64,000 nt of DNA from an uncultured delta proteobacterium (lineage in GTDB: Bacteria; Myxococcota_A; Polyangia; Polyangiales; B10-G4): assembly GCA_963727445.1 (NCBI GenBank), contig CAVSGI010000020.1, positions 128,001 to 192,000 of the forward strand. Direction: 5' to 3'. The notes under the pieces were generated by a model. It saw only the letters and a program-made list of their open reading frames with translations. It was not told where the DNA came from and ran no database searches. Each line of letters opens with the position of its first letter. The stretch's first letter is position 1. Below, one piece after another: positions 10,008-20,078 of this stretch. Made by a program: the position numbers and the translations under genes.

Positions 10008-11389
10008 TTCAGCCACGGGAGGACCACGAGCACGTACGCCACCGCGAGCACGAGCTGGATCACCGCGTAGGGCAGCGCCTTCTTCACGAAGCCAGCGAAG
10101 GTCAGAGGAACCTCGTACTTGTGCATCAGGGTGACCGAGACCACGGTGCTCGCCGAGCCGATGGGCGTCAGGTTGCCGCCCAGGTTCGCACCGAAGATCA
10201 CCGCCCACCAGAGCCCGGAGTCGCTGGGGGTGTCGAGGCCCTGGAGGATCTTCGAGAGCATGGCGGCGAGCGGGATGTTGTCGGTGACGGCGCTGAACGC
10301 GGAGGCGGAGACGAGAATCGACGCCTGGCCGGCTTTGGGGCCGAGCCCCACGAGCGCGCCGAGGCCGTGGCCGATGACCTCCAGCACCTCGGCGTGCTCC
10401 ATCACGTTGATGACCTCGAAGAGGAAGATGAAGAAGAGCAGAAGGTCCCAGTCGAGCGCCTTGTAGAAGCTGTCGACCTTGTGCTTGAAGCGGATCAGCA
10501 TGATCACGCCGAAGGCGATGGCCACGAAGCCCATCCCGAGCCCGCTCACGTAGGGAAGGATGCTGGTGGTGGCGATGCCGATGATGAAGAGCAGGGTCAT
10601 CGCCGAAGCGAAGTAGAAGAACCGGTCGCTCTCGACCCCGTCGTTTTCGTCGAAGGTCGACACCAGCTCGTTGGCCGCCTTCTTCTCTTCGTCGGTGGCG
10701 AGCCCTCGGATCCCGAAGAGGCGCGCGCCGAGAGCGATGGTCACGATGGTCGCCACCAGCACGAAGGGGCTCGACACGATGAAGAAGCGCACGAAGCTGA
10801 TGCCCGCCGCCTGGCCCACGATGATGTTGGGGACGCTCGAGATGAGGGTGAGCAGGCCGCCGATGTTCGTCAGTAGCCCTTCCACCAGCAGAAAGCCCAG
10901 GAGCTGTTCTTTGCGCTCGAGCTTGCGGAGGGAGACCGCGGAGAGGGAGCCGACGATGATCATCGCCGTCACGTTGTTGAGGACGGCCGAGAAGAGGACC
11001 GTCATCAGCCCGTAGTAGATCAGGAGCTTGAGCGGGTCTCCGCCGGAGGCCTTCGTCAGCTTGATCGCGATCCAGGTGAAGACGCCCGAGCGCGCGGTCA
11101 CGTCGACGAAGAGGCTCGAGCCGAAGATGATGGTGATGACGCCCCAGTCGACCGCCGGGACGTAGACCGGCAGGTCGATGTGCATGCCGAAGGCATCGTC
11201 GACCCCGCCGAGAGGGAGGATCCCGCAGACGGCGCCGGCGAAGAGCGTGACCACCGCGAAGACGCCGGTGATGAGTGACTTCTTCGCGTGGATCTTCTCC
11301 TCGAGCGCGAGCGCGACGATCATCAGCACGAGGATGGCGCCGAAGAGCAGCGTCACCCCCATCGGGACGTGTGGTACGTGCTCGTTCAA
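10004..11389 (-). CDS. ArsB/NhaD (IT superfamily) transporter
   Basis: FSAVLNNVTAM, TNIGGLLTLISSVPNI, SAVTDNIP, GANLGGNLTPIGSAS. Confidence 0.9.
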   Translation of the reverse strand: MNEHVPHVPMGVTLLFGAILVLMIVALALEEKIHAKKSLITGVFAVVTLFAGAVCGILPLGGVDDAFGMHIDLPVYVPAVDWGVITIIFGSSLFVDVTARSGVFTWIAIKLTKASGGDPLKLLIYYGLMTVLFSAVLNNVTAMIIVGSLSAVSLRKLERKEQLLGFLLVEGLLTNIGGLLTLISSVPNIIVGQAAGISFVRFFIVSSPFVLVATIVTIALGARLFGIRGLATDEEKKAANELVSTFDENDGVESDRFFYFASAMTLLFIIGIATTSILPYVSGLGMGFVAIAFGVIMLIRFKHKVDSFYKALDWDLLLFFIFLFEVINVMEHAEVLEVIGHGLGALVGLGPKAGQASILVSASAFSAVTDNIPLAAMLSKILQGLDTPSDSGLWWAVIFGANLGGNLTPIGSASTVVSVTLMHKYEVPLTFAGFVKKALPYAVIQLVLAVAYVLVVLPWLK

Positions 11390-11396
11390 ACCTTCC

Positions 11397-12248
11397 TCAG
11401 ATCAGGAGCAGCGGGAGATTGCGGAGCTCGACCGCGAGGGGGTAGGCGGTGCCGTGCATGGCCACCTGGTCGTCGTCGCGGCTGTGGAAGATGAGGACGT
11501 CGACGCGGAACTTCTCCACGAGGTGCTTGTAGTCCGAGACCTTGTGGCCGGTCTGAACGATGGGGCTCACGGTGATCGGCACGTCGGCGGCTTCGATGGC
11601 GGCGCGACAGGTCTCGATGTACTCGGTCGGCTCTTGCAGCAGCTGCTCGAGGATCTCCTCGCGCGCGACGTCGGTGTCGAGCTGAGGGATCTTGCCGATG
11701 ACGTCGATGTAGCGCTGGTAGGTCTGGTCGTCCTCCACGTGGGTGAGCCGGAGCGAGCCACCCTCGCGGGTCATGCGGACGCCCCAGTTCACCAGGTCGT
11801 CGTCGCCGGTGAGGTGGTCGGCGACCACCATGACGCTGTCGGTGTCGGAGTTCTGCCACTCCATGTCCGGCACCTCGTGGGGGTTCGGCACCACCAGCAC
11901 CGGGGTCGTGGTCTTCTGAGTCAGGACGTTGAGAAAGGCCCCCAGGCTGAAGGGCCAGCGCCAGGCGCGACTCTTCAGGTTGCGATAGGTCACCACCAGG
12001 TCGGGGGCGAGCTCTTTCTCCGCGTCGAGGAGCTGCTGCACCTCGTCGAACTCCGCGCCGGTGAGCACCAGCCACTCCGCATCGGCGATCACTCCCAGGA
12101 GCTTCTTCACCGCCCCGAGATAGGTTTCTTGCTCGTCACCTTCGAGGTCCGACACCACCAGAACGCGCTTCACCTCGGGCGGAGAGAAGGTGAAACGCTT
12201 CTTGTCGGCGGCTCGAAAGCTGCTCTCGAACTCGTCTACGCGCAGCAT
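11397..12248 (-). CDS. Universal stress protein-like (tandem domains)
   Basis: Repeated beta-strand-ending patterns TPVLVVP and LPLLLI; LRLTHVED; located directly upstream of the transporter. Confidence 0.65.
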   Translation of the reverse strand: MLRVDEFESSFRAADKKRFTFSPPEVKRVLVVSDLEGDEQETYLGAVKKLLGVIADAEWLVLTGAEFDEVQQLLDAEKELAPDLVVTYRNLKSRAWRWPFSLGAFLNVLTQKTTTPVLVVPNPHEVPDMEWQNSDTDSVMVVADHLTGDDDLVNWGVRMTREGGSLRLTHVEDDQTYQRYIDVIGKIPQLDTDVAREEILEQLLQEPTEYIETCRAAIEAADVPITVSPIVQTGHKVSDYKHLVEKFRVDVLIFHSRDDDQVAMHGTAYPLAVELRNLPLLLI

Positions 12249-12413
12249 GGCGCGCGGAGGATAACGTCATGGGGCGCGAGACTGAAGCGGGAGTCGCGCC
12301 AGGTCCACGGCGCGCGACGGCCGCGGCGACGCGAGCTCTGCGGTTTGCGGTCAAAATGATCGCGCCGTCTGCCTCGGTCGGCGAAATCTCCACCTTCGCG
12401 GTATATTGGAAGA

Positions 12414-13520
12414 GTGCAGCGTATCCTCCTCACCACTCTGCTGGCGTTCTGTGGGTGCACGGATGGGAGCGCGCTCCTCCTCGTCAATGTCCGCACCTCG
12501 CTGGTGCCAGGCGTGGACTTCGAACGGGTGACGACCTTCATCCACCCGAGCGGCTCCGATGAGGTGGTCGCGCACGTCGATCAGCCCGCGGATCCGCTGC
12601 GGGACTACGTTTCTGGCGACCGCGTTGCAGAGATCGAGTTGGGCGCGGGCGCGTATGACGTGGTGGTGGAGCTCTCCTGCGGCGGAGAGGTGACCGCCAG
12701 TGGAACGGGAATGGCTGACGTCGTCGAAACCAGCGCAGTGACGATCGATGTCGACGGCGTCGGCGGGTGCCGGCGCGACGGCGGGCCGGCGGACGCGAGC
12801 CTCGATGGTGGCGTCGACGGCGCTGCCACCGATGCCGACGTGCTCGATGTTTCAGTCGACGCTGCCCCGGACGAGACCGCCTGCGACGACATCCTCGCGG
12901 GGGCGATCTTCTGCGACTCGTTCGAGGCGTCGGATTTTTCGCTTTGGGACTCGGTTCGGGAGATGGACGGTCGCGTGATGCGCACCACCGATCCGGTGTG
13001 GCGCGGGTCGGGTGCGCTCTCCGCCGCGTCCCTGGCCGCTTCTGGCGTCGCCAACCTCTTCGGCGCTCGACTCGCCGACGTCACGTCGGGTGATCTCTGG
13101 CTTCGCGCCTACGTCTACGTCCCGTCGGGAACGGCCTTCGACGACGTCAAGGTGCTCACCCTCCACGAAGGTTCCGCTCCCTATGCAGGCGTCGCGTTCG
13201 GGCTGACCACCGGTGACCGCCCCTATGTCATGGCGACCACCGGCAGCGTCTCCGCCGTCGCGACCGACCTCCGATTCGATCGGGATCGCTGGGTTTGCGT
13301 GGTCCTCCATGTCGATGTCGATGACGCCGCAGGAGCGATGGCGCTCCAAATCGACGGGGAACCGGCTGTCGAACGCACGGGCATCGACACACTCCCCGAC
13401 ACGGGTTACCAGGACGTCGTCGTCGGCATCGGGTTCACCTCCACCGCTCAGCTGCCCATCGGGCTCTTCGTCGACGAAGTCGCCCTCGATGACGCTCTGA
13501 TCCCATGCGACGGACCTTAG
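12414..13520 (+). CDS. Lipoprotein with shared N-terminal domain, acidic linker and beta-sandwich (LamG/lyase-like) C-terminal domain
   Basis: FCGC lipobox; VNVRTSLVPGVDF; DGG linker; FCDSFE...LWLRAYVYVP...RWVCVVLHV...FVDEVALD. Confidence 0.75.
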   Translation: MQRILLTTLLAFCGCTDGSALLLVNVRTSLVPGVDFERVTTFIHPSGSDEVVAHVDQPADPLRDYVSGDRVAEIELGAGAYDVVVELSCGGEVTASGTGMADVVETSAVTIDVDGVGGCRRDGGPADASLDGGVDGAATDADVLDVSVDAAPDETACDDILAGAIFCDSFEASDFSLWDSVREMDGRVMRTTDPVWRGSGALSAASLAASGVANLFGARLADVTSGDLWLRAYVYVPSGTAFDDVKVLTLHEGSAPYAGVAFGLTTGDRPYVMATTGSVSAVATDLRFDRDRWVCVVLHVDVDDAAGAMALQIDGEPAVERTGIDTLPDTGYQDVVVGIGFTSTAQLPIGLFVDEVALDDALIPCDGP

Positions 13521-13630
13521 GACAGGCGCGCTGCTCGTGACCTGGTACGCATCGACGGATCACACGCGAGCGCGTAGGGCCGCCGACTGGAGTCGGCATT
13601 CGGGCTGGGTGCCCGGACGATTCGAACTGC

Positions 13631-14756
13631 TCAGGGGATCGGGATGACCGTCGGGGTGGGGAAGGAACCCGCGAGGTCATTGCCGAACTGTCGCTGGCTG
13701 TTGTCACCCCAACAGTACACCGTGCCCGTTCCATCGAGCGCGCAGGTGTGTTGGGCACCGCACTCGACGTCGATGATGTTGGAGATGCGCGTGACGTTCG
13801 TGACCGGCGTCGTGCGCGAGGTGGTCGTTCCATCCCCCAGCTGACCCTGGTTGTTGCTGCCCCAACACTGGACGGACCCATCGGCGCGCGCGGCGCAGGA
13901 GTGCTTCTGGCCAGCGGAGACGTCCACGAATCCTGTCCCTGGCACGGGGTAGGGGATGAGTCGATCCAGGCTCGCGGGTGGGCTCACCTGACCTCGATCG
14001 TTTTGGCCCCAGCACGTGACGTTCGTGTCGGTCTTGACCGCGCAGGTGTGGGCCTCTCCCGCGTCTGCCATCACGACGTTGGAGAACCCGAGGTCGACTG
14101 GCGAGCTCGCCGGCGAGAGACTGCTCGCTCCCAGTTGCCCGTGCGATCCGTCGCCCCAGCAGCAGAGGCGGCCGGCGCCCCACCCGCAGGTATGCGCCTT
14201 GCCAGCCGTGATCCCTTCGAAGCGATCGGACACGCTGTCCAACACGGGGACCGTGGCGATCTCTCCGAAGGCGCCGGTGCCCAGCTGTCCCGCGTCGTTG
14301 TTGCCCCAGCACGCGTAGTCACCGCTTTCGAAAGCGGCGCAGGAGTGCCGGTAGCCTGCAGCCACGCTGACCGCGAAATAAGAGATGCTGGCGGTCACCG
14401 GGAGGAGAGCCACGGCAGAAGAAGACCCGTCGCCAAGTCGGCCGTCGTTCGCGTTACCCCAGCAAGCGATGACGCCTGAAGAGTCGATCGCGCACGTGTG
14501 ACTCTGTCCCGCAGAAGCCCGGACAGCCATCCGTGGCGGATCCGTCGGTGGGCGATCCGTCGAGGAGCGTGGCGTCGACGAGTCCGCTGTCCCTTGGGGC
14601 GCCGTCGCGCTGGTCGCTGTCCAGGCGCGCGCTGTCACCCGGCGTCACGCCCCCATCACTCGCGGCGCCGTGCGGATTGGCGTCGAGGAGGAGGCCGCAG
14701 CCCGAGAGCAAGATCAGCAGCCCGAGCGTGCCCGCCGTCCCCCACGTATGCCCCAT
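13631..14756 (-). pseudogene. RCC1-repeat lipoprotein, frameshifted near 14510-14530
   Basis: Signal peptide, LSGC lipobox and DG linker in one frame; RCC1 repeats (SAGQSHTCAI..CWG..GQLG) in another; could be a sequencing error. Confidence 0.75.
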
Positions 14757-14904
14757 GACCTCGTGAGTATACGCCTCGGTCGCCGAGAAGGCCCGATAGC
14801 TCCCCGGACGGGGCCCAGCTCTTCGAGCCATCGCGCCACACCGCGCACGCGCGCGCCGTCGACCCACGCGGCGCGGATCGCACGATGTCGGTAGACTGGG
14901 GATC

Positions 14905-17277
14905 GTGGCGTTTCCAATCCTCGTCGCTCTGTCGCTGGTGAACGCGGGCTGTGGGCGCATCGGCTACGATCCCCTGACGCGTGACGGCGGAGCCGACGCC
15001 ATGGATGGCGCGGTCGACGCGTCGTGCGTCGGCGTGAGCCTCGAGAGTGACAACACCAATTGCGGCAGATGCGGCAACGTCTGCCCTTTGGGGCTCCCTT
15101 GCAGCGGCGGCGCGTGCGTCGACTCGGAGATCGTGGGAATCGCCGCGGGTGGATTCCATACCTGCCTCTGGCGCGCGGCGGGAACTGCCGCGTGTTGGGG
15201 CGCCAACGCCTTCGGCGAGCTGGGAGCGCCCGTCGAGGCGTCGCAGCCGACACCCGTGACCGTGCGCGGGGTGATGAGCGCGACCTCGATGGTGGCTGGC
15301 GAAGCGCACACGTGTGCGCTCGTCGATGGAGGCCAGGTGCGCTGCTGGGGTCGCAACGTGGACGGCCGCCTCGGAGACGGCACGACCACCGACTCCGACT
15401 CGCCGGTCGACGTCGTCGGTCTCGCGGCGGTGACCCAGATCTCGGCAGGCGCCTTTCACACCTGCGCGGTCACCAGCGACAGCGTCGTCTACTGCTGGGG
15501 TCGAAACGACGGTGGACAGGTTGGCGATGGCTCGACCGTTGATGCGCTTTCACCGTCCGCCGTGACTGGGCTACCCGCCGCGACCGCGGTCGCCACAGGG
15601 CGATCGCACACCTGCGCGCTCCTCGGAGATGGAACCGTCCGCTGCTGGGGCGAGAACGCGAACGGCCAGCTCGGCACCGGCGGCGGCCCCGGCTCCCCCA
15701 GCCCCCAGGAGGTCACCGGGCTCAGCGGGATCACGCTCATCGCAGCCGGCGACGAGGTGAGCTGCGCCAGCGCCGCGGATGGACGCTCGTGGTGCTGGGG
15801 GCAGGGAGAGTGGGGCGGGCTCGGCAACGGCGCCAGCGGCGTCGCGCTCTCGCCGGCGCTTCGGATGGGCTCGGGCGGCATCGTCCAGATGATCTCCGGG
15901 GTCCACTCCTGCACGCGCCACGATGGCGGCTCGGTGGAATGCTCGGGCTGCGGGCGCTTCGGACAGCTCGGCTCGAACACCTTCCCCTACTACCAGACGA
16001 ACGTCGTCCCGGTGACCGGCCTCGACGACGCCGTCTCGATCGTCCGAGGCGCGAGCCACACCTGCGCGTTGCGCTCCGCCGGAGACGTCGTGTGCTGGGG
16101 CCTCGACGAGCACGGCCAGCTCGGCTCTGGCTCGCTGCCTGCCGCCTCCTCCCCGGTCGCAGTGCCCGGGGTCGACGCGATCGACGTAGCCGTCGGGGCC
16201 CATCACACCTGCGCAGCCCTTCGGACCGGCCAGGTGGCGTGCTGGGGCTACGACATCAACGGCCAGCTCGGGTCGGGCGCGTCGGGGGACACCCCGACGC
16301 CCAGCACACTGCTCGAGATCGACGACGCGGTGGACGTGGAAGCTGGCGGAATTCGCAGCTGCGCGATCCGCAGCGGCGGCCGCGTCAGCTGCTGGGGAGA
16401 TGGCCGCAACGGCGGGCTCGGAAACGGCGCCGACAGGGACTCACGCAACGCGGTGGATGTGGTCGGTCTCACCGACGCCACTTCGCTGTCCATGGGAAGC
16501 AGCTTCACCTGTGGGGTGTCCGCGGGGGGTGGTGTCTTCTGCTGGGGAACGAACGCGGAGGGTCAAGTCGGCGACGGGACGACGACCTTCCGCACCTCGG
16601 CCGTGCCAGTCGTGGGTGGGGACGCCTTCGTGAAGGTGTCCTGCGGTCGAGAGCACGCTTGCGCCATCGACAGCGCCGGCGCGCTCTTCTGCTGGGGGTA
16701 CAACGCGGGTGGACAGCTGGGAGACGGGACCACCGACAACCAGCCGACGGCCGTCGCGGTAGATGGAATCGGGCCGGTCGACGAGGTCGCTGCCGGAACG
16801 CTGCACACCTGCGCGATCGACCGGTCGGGGCAGGTCTACTGTTGGGGAGACAACGGTCGCGGTGAGCTCGGCGATGGCACCACCACACGCCGGGCCCACC
16901 CCACACCCGTCACTGGTCTCTCGGACGCCGTGAGCATCTACGCCGCGGATGGGTCGGCGTGGCGCATCATGCCGGCGGAGGGGAGCTATCCCCGGGGCCG
17001 TGGAACCTGCGCCCTGCGCTCGTCGGGTGCGCTCGTCTGCTGGGGGCAGGGGCGGCAGGGACAGCTCGGCAACGGCGCGATGCGAAACAGCGCGAGTCCG
17101 GTCGAGGTGGTCGGAGCTACCAGTGGTGTGAGGCGCGTCAGCGTGGGCTCAGCGCACGCTTGTCTGCTTTCGACGACGGGAGAGGTGTCCTGCTGGGGGT
17201 CTCGCTTCGCGGGAGAGCTCGGCGAGGGCACGGAGATGGGGTTCTTCGGCATGCCGCGTCCACTCATCCTTCCCTGA
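14905..17277 (+). CDS. RCC1-repeat (tandem beta-propeller) lipoprotein
   Basis: NAGCGRIGYD lipobox; NCGRCGNVC Cys module; many AGxxHTCA..CWGxNxxGQLG repeats. Confidence 0.92.
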   Translation: MAFPILVALSLVNAGCGRIGYDPLTRDGGADAMDGAVDASCVGVSLESDNTNCGRCGNVCPLGLPCSGGACVDSEIVGIAAGGFHTCLWRAAGTAACWGANAFGELGAPVEASQPTPVTVRGVMSATSMVAGEAHTCALVDGGQVRCWGRNVDGRLGDGTTTDSDSPVDVVGLAAVTQISAGAFHTCAVTSDSVVYCWGRNDGGQVGDGSTVDALSPSAVTGLPAATAVATGRSHTCALLGDGTVRCWGENANGQLGTGGGPGSPSPQEVTGLSGITLIAAGDEVSCASAADGRSWCWGQGEWGGLGNGASGVALSPALRMGSGGIVQMISGVHSCTRHDGGSVECSGCGRFGQLGSNTFPYYQTNVVPVTGLDDAVSIVRGASHTCALRSAGDVVCWGLDEHGQLGSGSLPAASSPVAVPGVDAIDVAVGAHHTCAALRTGQVACWGYDINGQLGSGASGDTPTPSTLLEIDDAVDVEAGGIRSCAIRSGGRVSCWGDGRNGGLGNGADRDSRNAVDVVGLTDATSLSMGSSFTCGVSAGGGVFCWGTNAEGQVGDGTTTFRTSAVPVVGGDAFVKVSCGREHACAIDSAGALFCWGYNAGGQLGDGTTDNQPTAVAVDGIGPVDEVAAGTLHTCAIDRSGQVYCWGDNGRGELGDGTTTRRAHPTPVTGLSDAVSIYAADGSAWRIMPAEGSYPRGRGTCALRSSGALVCWGQGRQGQLGNGAMRNSASPVEVVGATSGVRRVSVGSAHACLLSTTGEVSCWGSRFAGELGEGTEMGFFGMPRPLILP

Positions 17278-17520
17278 TTCTCATTGCGCGCCGGTGGTAG
17301 GCGAGGCGTGGGGTGAACATTCCTGCGCGCCGAGGCCCGAGACCCCAATGCCCCGAGAAATCCCTTCGCCCTTCAAGACTCAGACGGGCACCGGTCCGTG
17401 GCCTCGAGCGATCACGAACGAGGACATGAGGGGTCAACTCGGCCCCTCCCAGCTCAGCGAATGGTCGAGGAGACCCACCCGACCGCCGGTTCCATGGAGC
17501 AAAGCCGACGTAATGAGCCT

Positions 17521-19155
17521 ATGCTGATCAGGTCGATGCAGGCCGGAGACACGTTCGGCGACTACGAGGTCGTGACGAGGCTCCAGGGTGGTGGAATGGC
17601 CAGCCTGTGGCTCGCGAGGAGGCGCGGCGCCGCCGGGTTCACCCGACCGGTGATCATCAAGATCGTCCACCCCCACCTCGCCACCGACGAGGACTTCGTG
17701 AAGATGTTCGTCGACGAGGCCAAGATCGCGGCGCGCATCGATCACCCGAACATCGTCCACGTCGAGGCGCTCGGCGAGCAGGATGGTGCCTTCTACATGG
17801 TCATGGAGTACGTGCACGGCGCGTCGCTCGCCGAGCTCCGCCGCGCGCTGCGCAAGAAGGGCCGCGCGATGGGGCCCGCGGTCGCGACCGCCATCGTCAT
17901 GCGCATCGCGGACGGGTTGCACGGCGCGCACGAGACGTGTGACGACAGCGGTGAGCTGCTCAACGTCGTCCATCGCGACGTGAGCCCGCACAACGTGCTG
18001 CTTTCCCACCGGGGGCACGTCAAGGTCATCGACTTCGGCGTGGCGAAGGCGCGCGGGCGGTCGATCCAGACCACCGGTGGCTCGCTGAAGGGCAAGATCC
18101 GCTACATGTCTCCAGAGCAGGCGTTCGGTCGGGAGGTCGATCGGCGCACGGACATCTACGCGCTCGGCATCGTGCTCTGGGAGTTGCTCACGCAGCGCGC
18201 GCTCTTCAAGGGCTCGAGCGAGATGGAGCTGCTCGAAGCCGTGCGGCACCCCGCGGTGCGGCCCGCCCGTGCACACAACCCGGCGGTCAGCAGCGCGCTC
18301 GACGCCGTTCTCGCGCGCACGCTCGCCGAGAACCCGGACGACCGGCCCGCGACGGCCGAGGAGCTCCGCCAGCTCCTGGGCGAAGCGATCCCCGAAGCCC
18401 TCGCGGTCGACGCTGCGCGCATCGCGGGTCTCCTGCAGGCGACCGTGCCCGAGCTTCTCGCGTCACGAGCCGAGCTGGTTCGTGCGAGTGCGCCTGACGC
18501 GAGCGCCTCTGTCGTCTCCAGCGACGGTGCCGACCAGAGCGCGCAGGAGCTCATCGAGAACCTCACGATCAGCGTCGAGCTCTCGGAGCCCAGCGCCGTC
18601 CGGGATTCGAGCGCGAGCCGCGCTGTCCCGGCGACCGGCCCGACGCCGCCGATGCCGGCGCCGGTCGCGCCCGAGGCGAGCGCCTGGTCGCGGATGAGCA
18701 GGGGAGCACAGGCGGCGGTGCTCGGCGTGTTGCTCATCGCCGCAGTGGGGGCAGGCTTCGCTGCAGCGCTGTCGCTCACGAGCGCCGAGGAGGCGCCGGG
18801 CGGGGACGCGGCCTCGTCCATGGCCGCCGCGCCGCCAACGGTCGCCATCGACGACGAGACGGCAACAGCAGAGGATGCGAACGAGGCCTCACACGCCGCT
18901 ATCGCCAGCGACGCTGGCGCTGGCGACGCATTCGCGGGAGCCAACGCCGTCGCGGAGGACTCACCAAGTGTCCCGGCCGACGCCGACGAGCAACGCGCCG
19001 ACGCTGAGGGTGAGGGCGAGGGTGATCCCGGCTCGGCCGCCGGCGCGATGCGCGCGCGCCCAGGAGGGCGGCGCCACCCGCGGTCCGCCATGGCCACGCG
19101 CGAAGGCGGCATGATGGGCCTCACGATCCCACTCGCGGGGGCCGACGAGTTCTGA
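17521..19155 (+). CDS. Membrane-anchored Hanks-type Ser/Thr protein kinase
   Basis: GGGMAS, VIIK, HRDVSPHN, DFG, YMSPEQ, DIYALG; one TM helix followed by a low-complexity tail. Confidence 0.95.
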   Translation: MLIRSMQAGDTFGDYEVVTRLQGGGMASLWLARRRGAAGFTRPVIIKIVHPHLATDEDFVKMFVDEAKIAARIDHPNIVHVEALGEQDGAFYMVMEYVHGASLAELRRALRKKGRAMGPAVATAIVMRIADGLHGAHETCDDSGELLNVVHRDVSPHNVLLSHRGHVKVIDFGVAKARGRSIQTTGGSLKGKIRYMSPEQAFGREVDRRTDIYALGIVLWELLTQRALFKGSSEMELLEAVRHPAVRPARAHNPAVSSALDAVLARTLAENPDDRPATAEELRQLLGEAIPEALAVDAARIAGLLQATVPELLASRAELVRASAPDASASVVSSDGADQSAQELIENLTISVELSEPSAVRDSSASRAVPATGPTPPMPAPVAPEASAWSRMSRGAQAAVLGVLLIAAVGAGFAAALSLTSAEEAPGGDAASSMAAAPPTVAIDDETATAEDANEASHAAIASDAGAGDAFAGANAVAEDSPSVPADADEQRADAEGEGEGDPGSAAGAMRARPGGRRHPRSAMATREGGMMGLTIPLAGADEF

Positions 19156-19185
19156 GCGATCGGCCTTCGCCGCGCGCGCCCGTGC

Positions 19186-20013
19186 TCAGGGGACGCCGAG
19201 GCGACCGGAGCCGACGTTGCCCCTGTACGCAGGGGCGCCGCTGTCCGAGGTCGCGACGACCACGCCGACCGTCACACCACCCGCCACAAGGATCGCCGCA
19301 GTGATCACCCAGAACCACGGCGACGAGAGGATCCCGCCGCCGCCTGTGGACTCCGGCGCCTCCTGTCCGTCTGGGTCCGTATCGAGCACGTCTGCCTCGC
19401 CCTCGGTGGCGTCCGCGGCGAGCGCGACGCTGCCGTCTGCGGAAGCCGTCGAAAGGACGTGGAGCGTCACGCTCTCGTGTTGCCCTTCCGTCAGATCGAG
19501 CTCCTGATGTGCGACACGGGCGTCGTTCCTTCGCAGCTCGATCTCGTGATGGCCCGGGTCGAAAGGCGTCTCGGCACCGACGAGCGCGTGTGACACACGC
19601 TCGCCGTCGATCATCAGGTCGTCGTCGGGCTCCAAGCCCTCAGTCGCGATCTCCACCCTCGCAAGCCGCGCTTCGAGCTCGTCGAGCAACGTGCGCGCCT
19701 GCGTTCGTCGCGCCTCGTTGTCGGCGACGCGGAGATACCGCCGGTACGTCTCGGCGCCCTCCACGAGGTGCCCCGTCTGCACGCAAGCGCCCGCGTAGTT
19801 GAGAAGGGTCGCGGGTCGTTCGACGATCTCGAGGGATTGGGCGAACGCCACGCGTGCTTCCTCCCATCGCCCGGCCTCGGCATGGCGAACGCCGACCTGG
19901 TACAGGTGTCGGGCCGCGGCGACCTCGCGCGCGGATTGCGCCTCCACCCTCGCAGCAAGGCTCGTTCCCACGAGCAGCATGGCGACGACGACGGGGGTGA
20001 CCGCGACCGACAT
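19186..20013 (-). CDS. Exported TPR + PEGA-like protein with C-terminal membrane anchor
   Basis: Signal peptide (VEA|QS); TPR helices; IDG..PFDPGHHEI PEGA-like segment; SPWFW followed by a hydrophobic anchor. Confidence 0.8.
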   Translation of the reverse strand: MSVAVTPVVVAMLLVGTSLAARVEAQSAREVAAARHLYQVGVRHAEAGRWEEARVAFAQSLEIVERPATLLNYAGACVQTGHLVEGAETYRRYLRVADNEARRTQARTLLDELEARLARVEIATEGLEPDDDLMIDGERVSHALVGAETPFDPGHHEIELRRNDARVAHQELDLTEGQHESVTLHVLSTASADGSVALAADATEGEADVLDTDPDGQEAPESTGGGGILSSPWFWVITAAILVAGGVTVGVVVATSDSGAPAYRGNVGSGRLGVP

Positions 20014-20078
20014 CGGAGGGGGGCTCGGGCGCACGCCGCAATCGTACCACGGACCGTGCCGTGGTACGTTCTCAGTCG

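Noticed and set aside
7488..10070. Long opposite-strand ORFs (also 42793-45000, 50496-52232, 37501-39423, 60299-61783)
   Set aside because: These are shadow ORFs from high GC codon bias, antisense to genes with clear motifs.
13631..17277. Diversity-generating retroelement acting on the RCC1 genes
   Set aside because: There is no reverse transcriptase, and I saw no template/variable repeat pair differing only at adenines.
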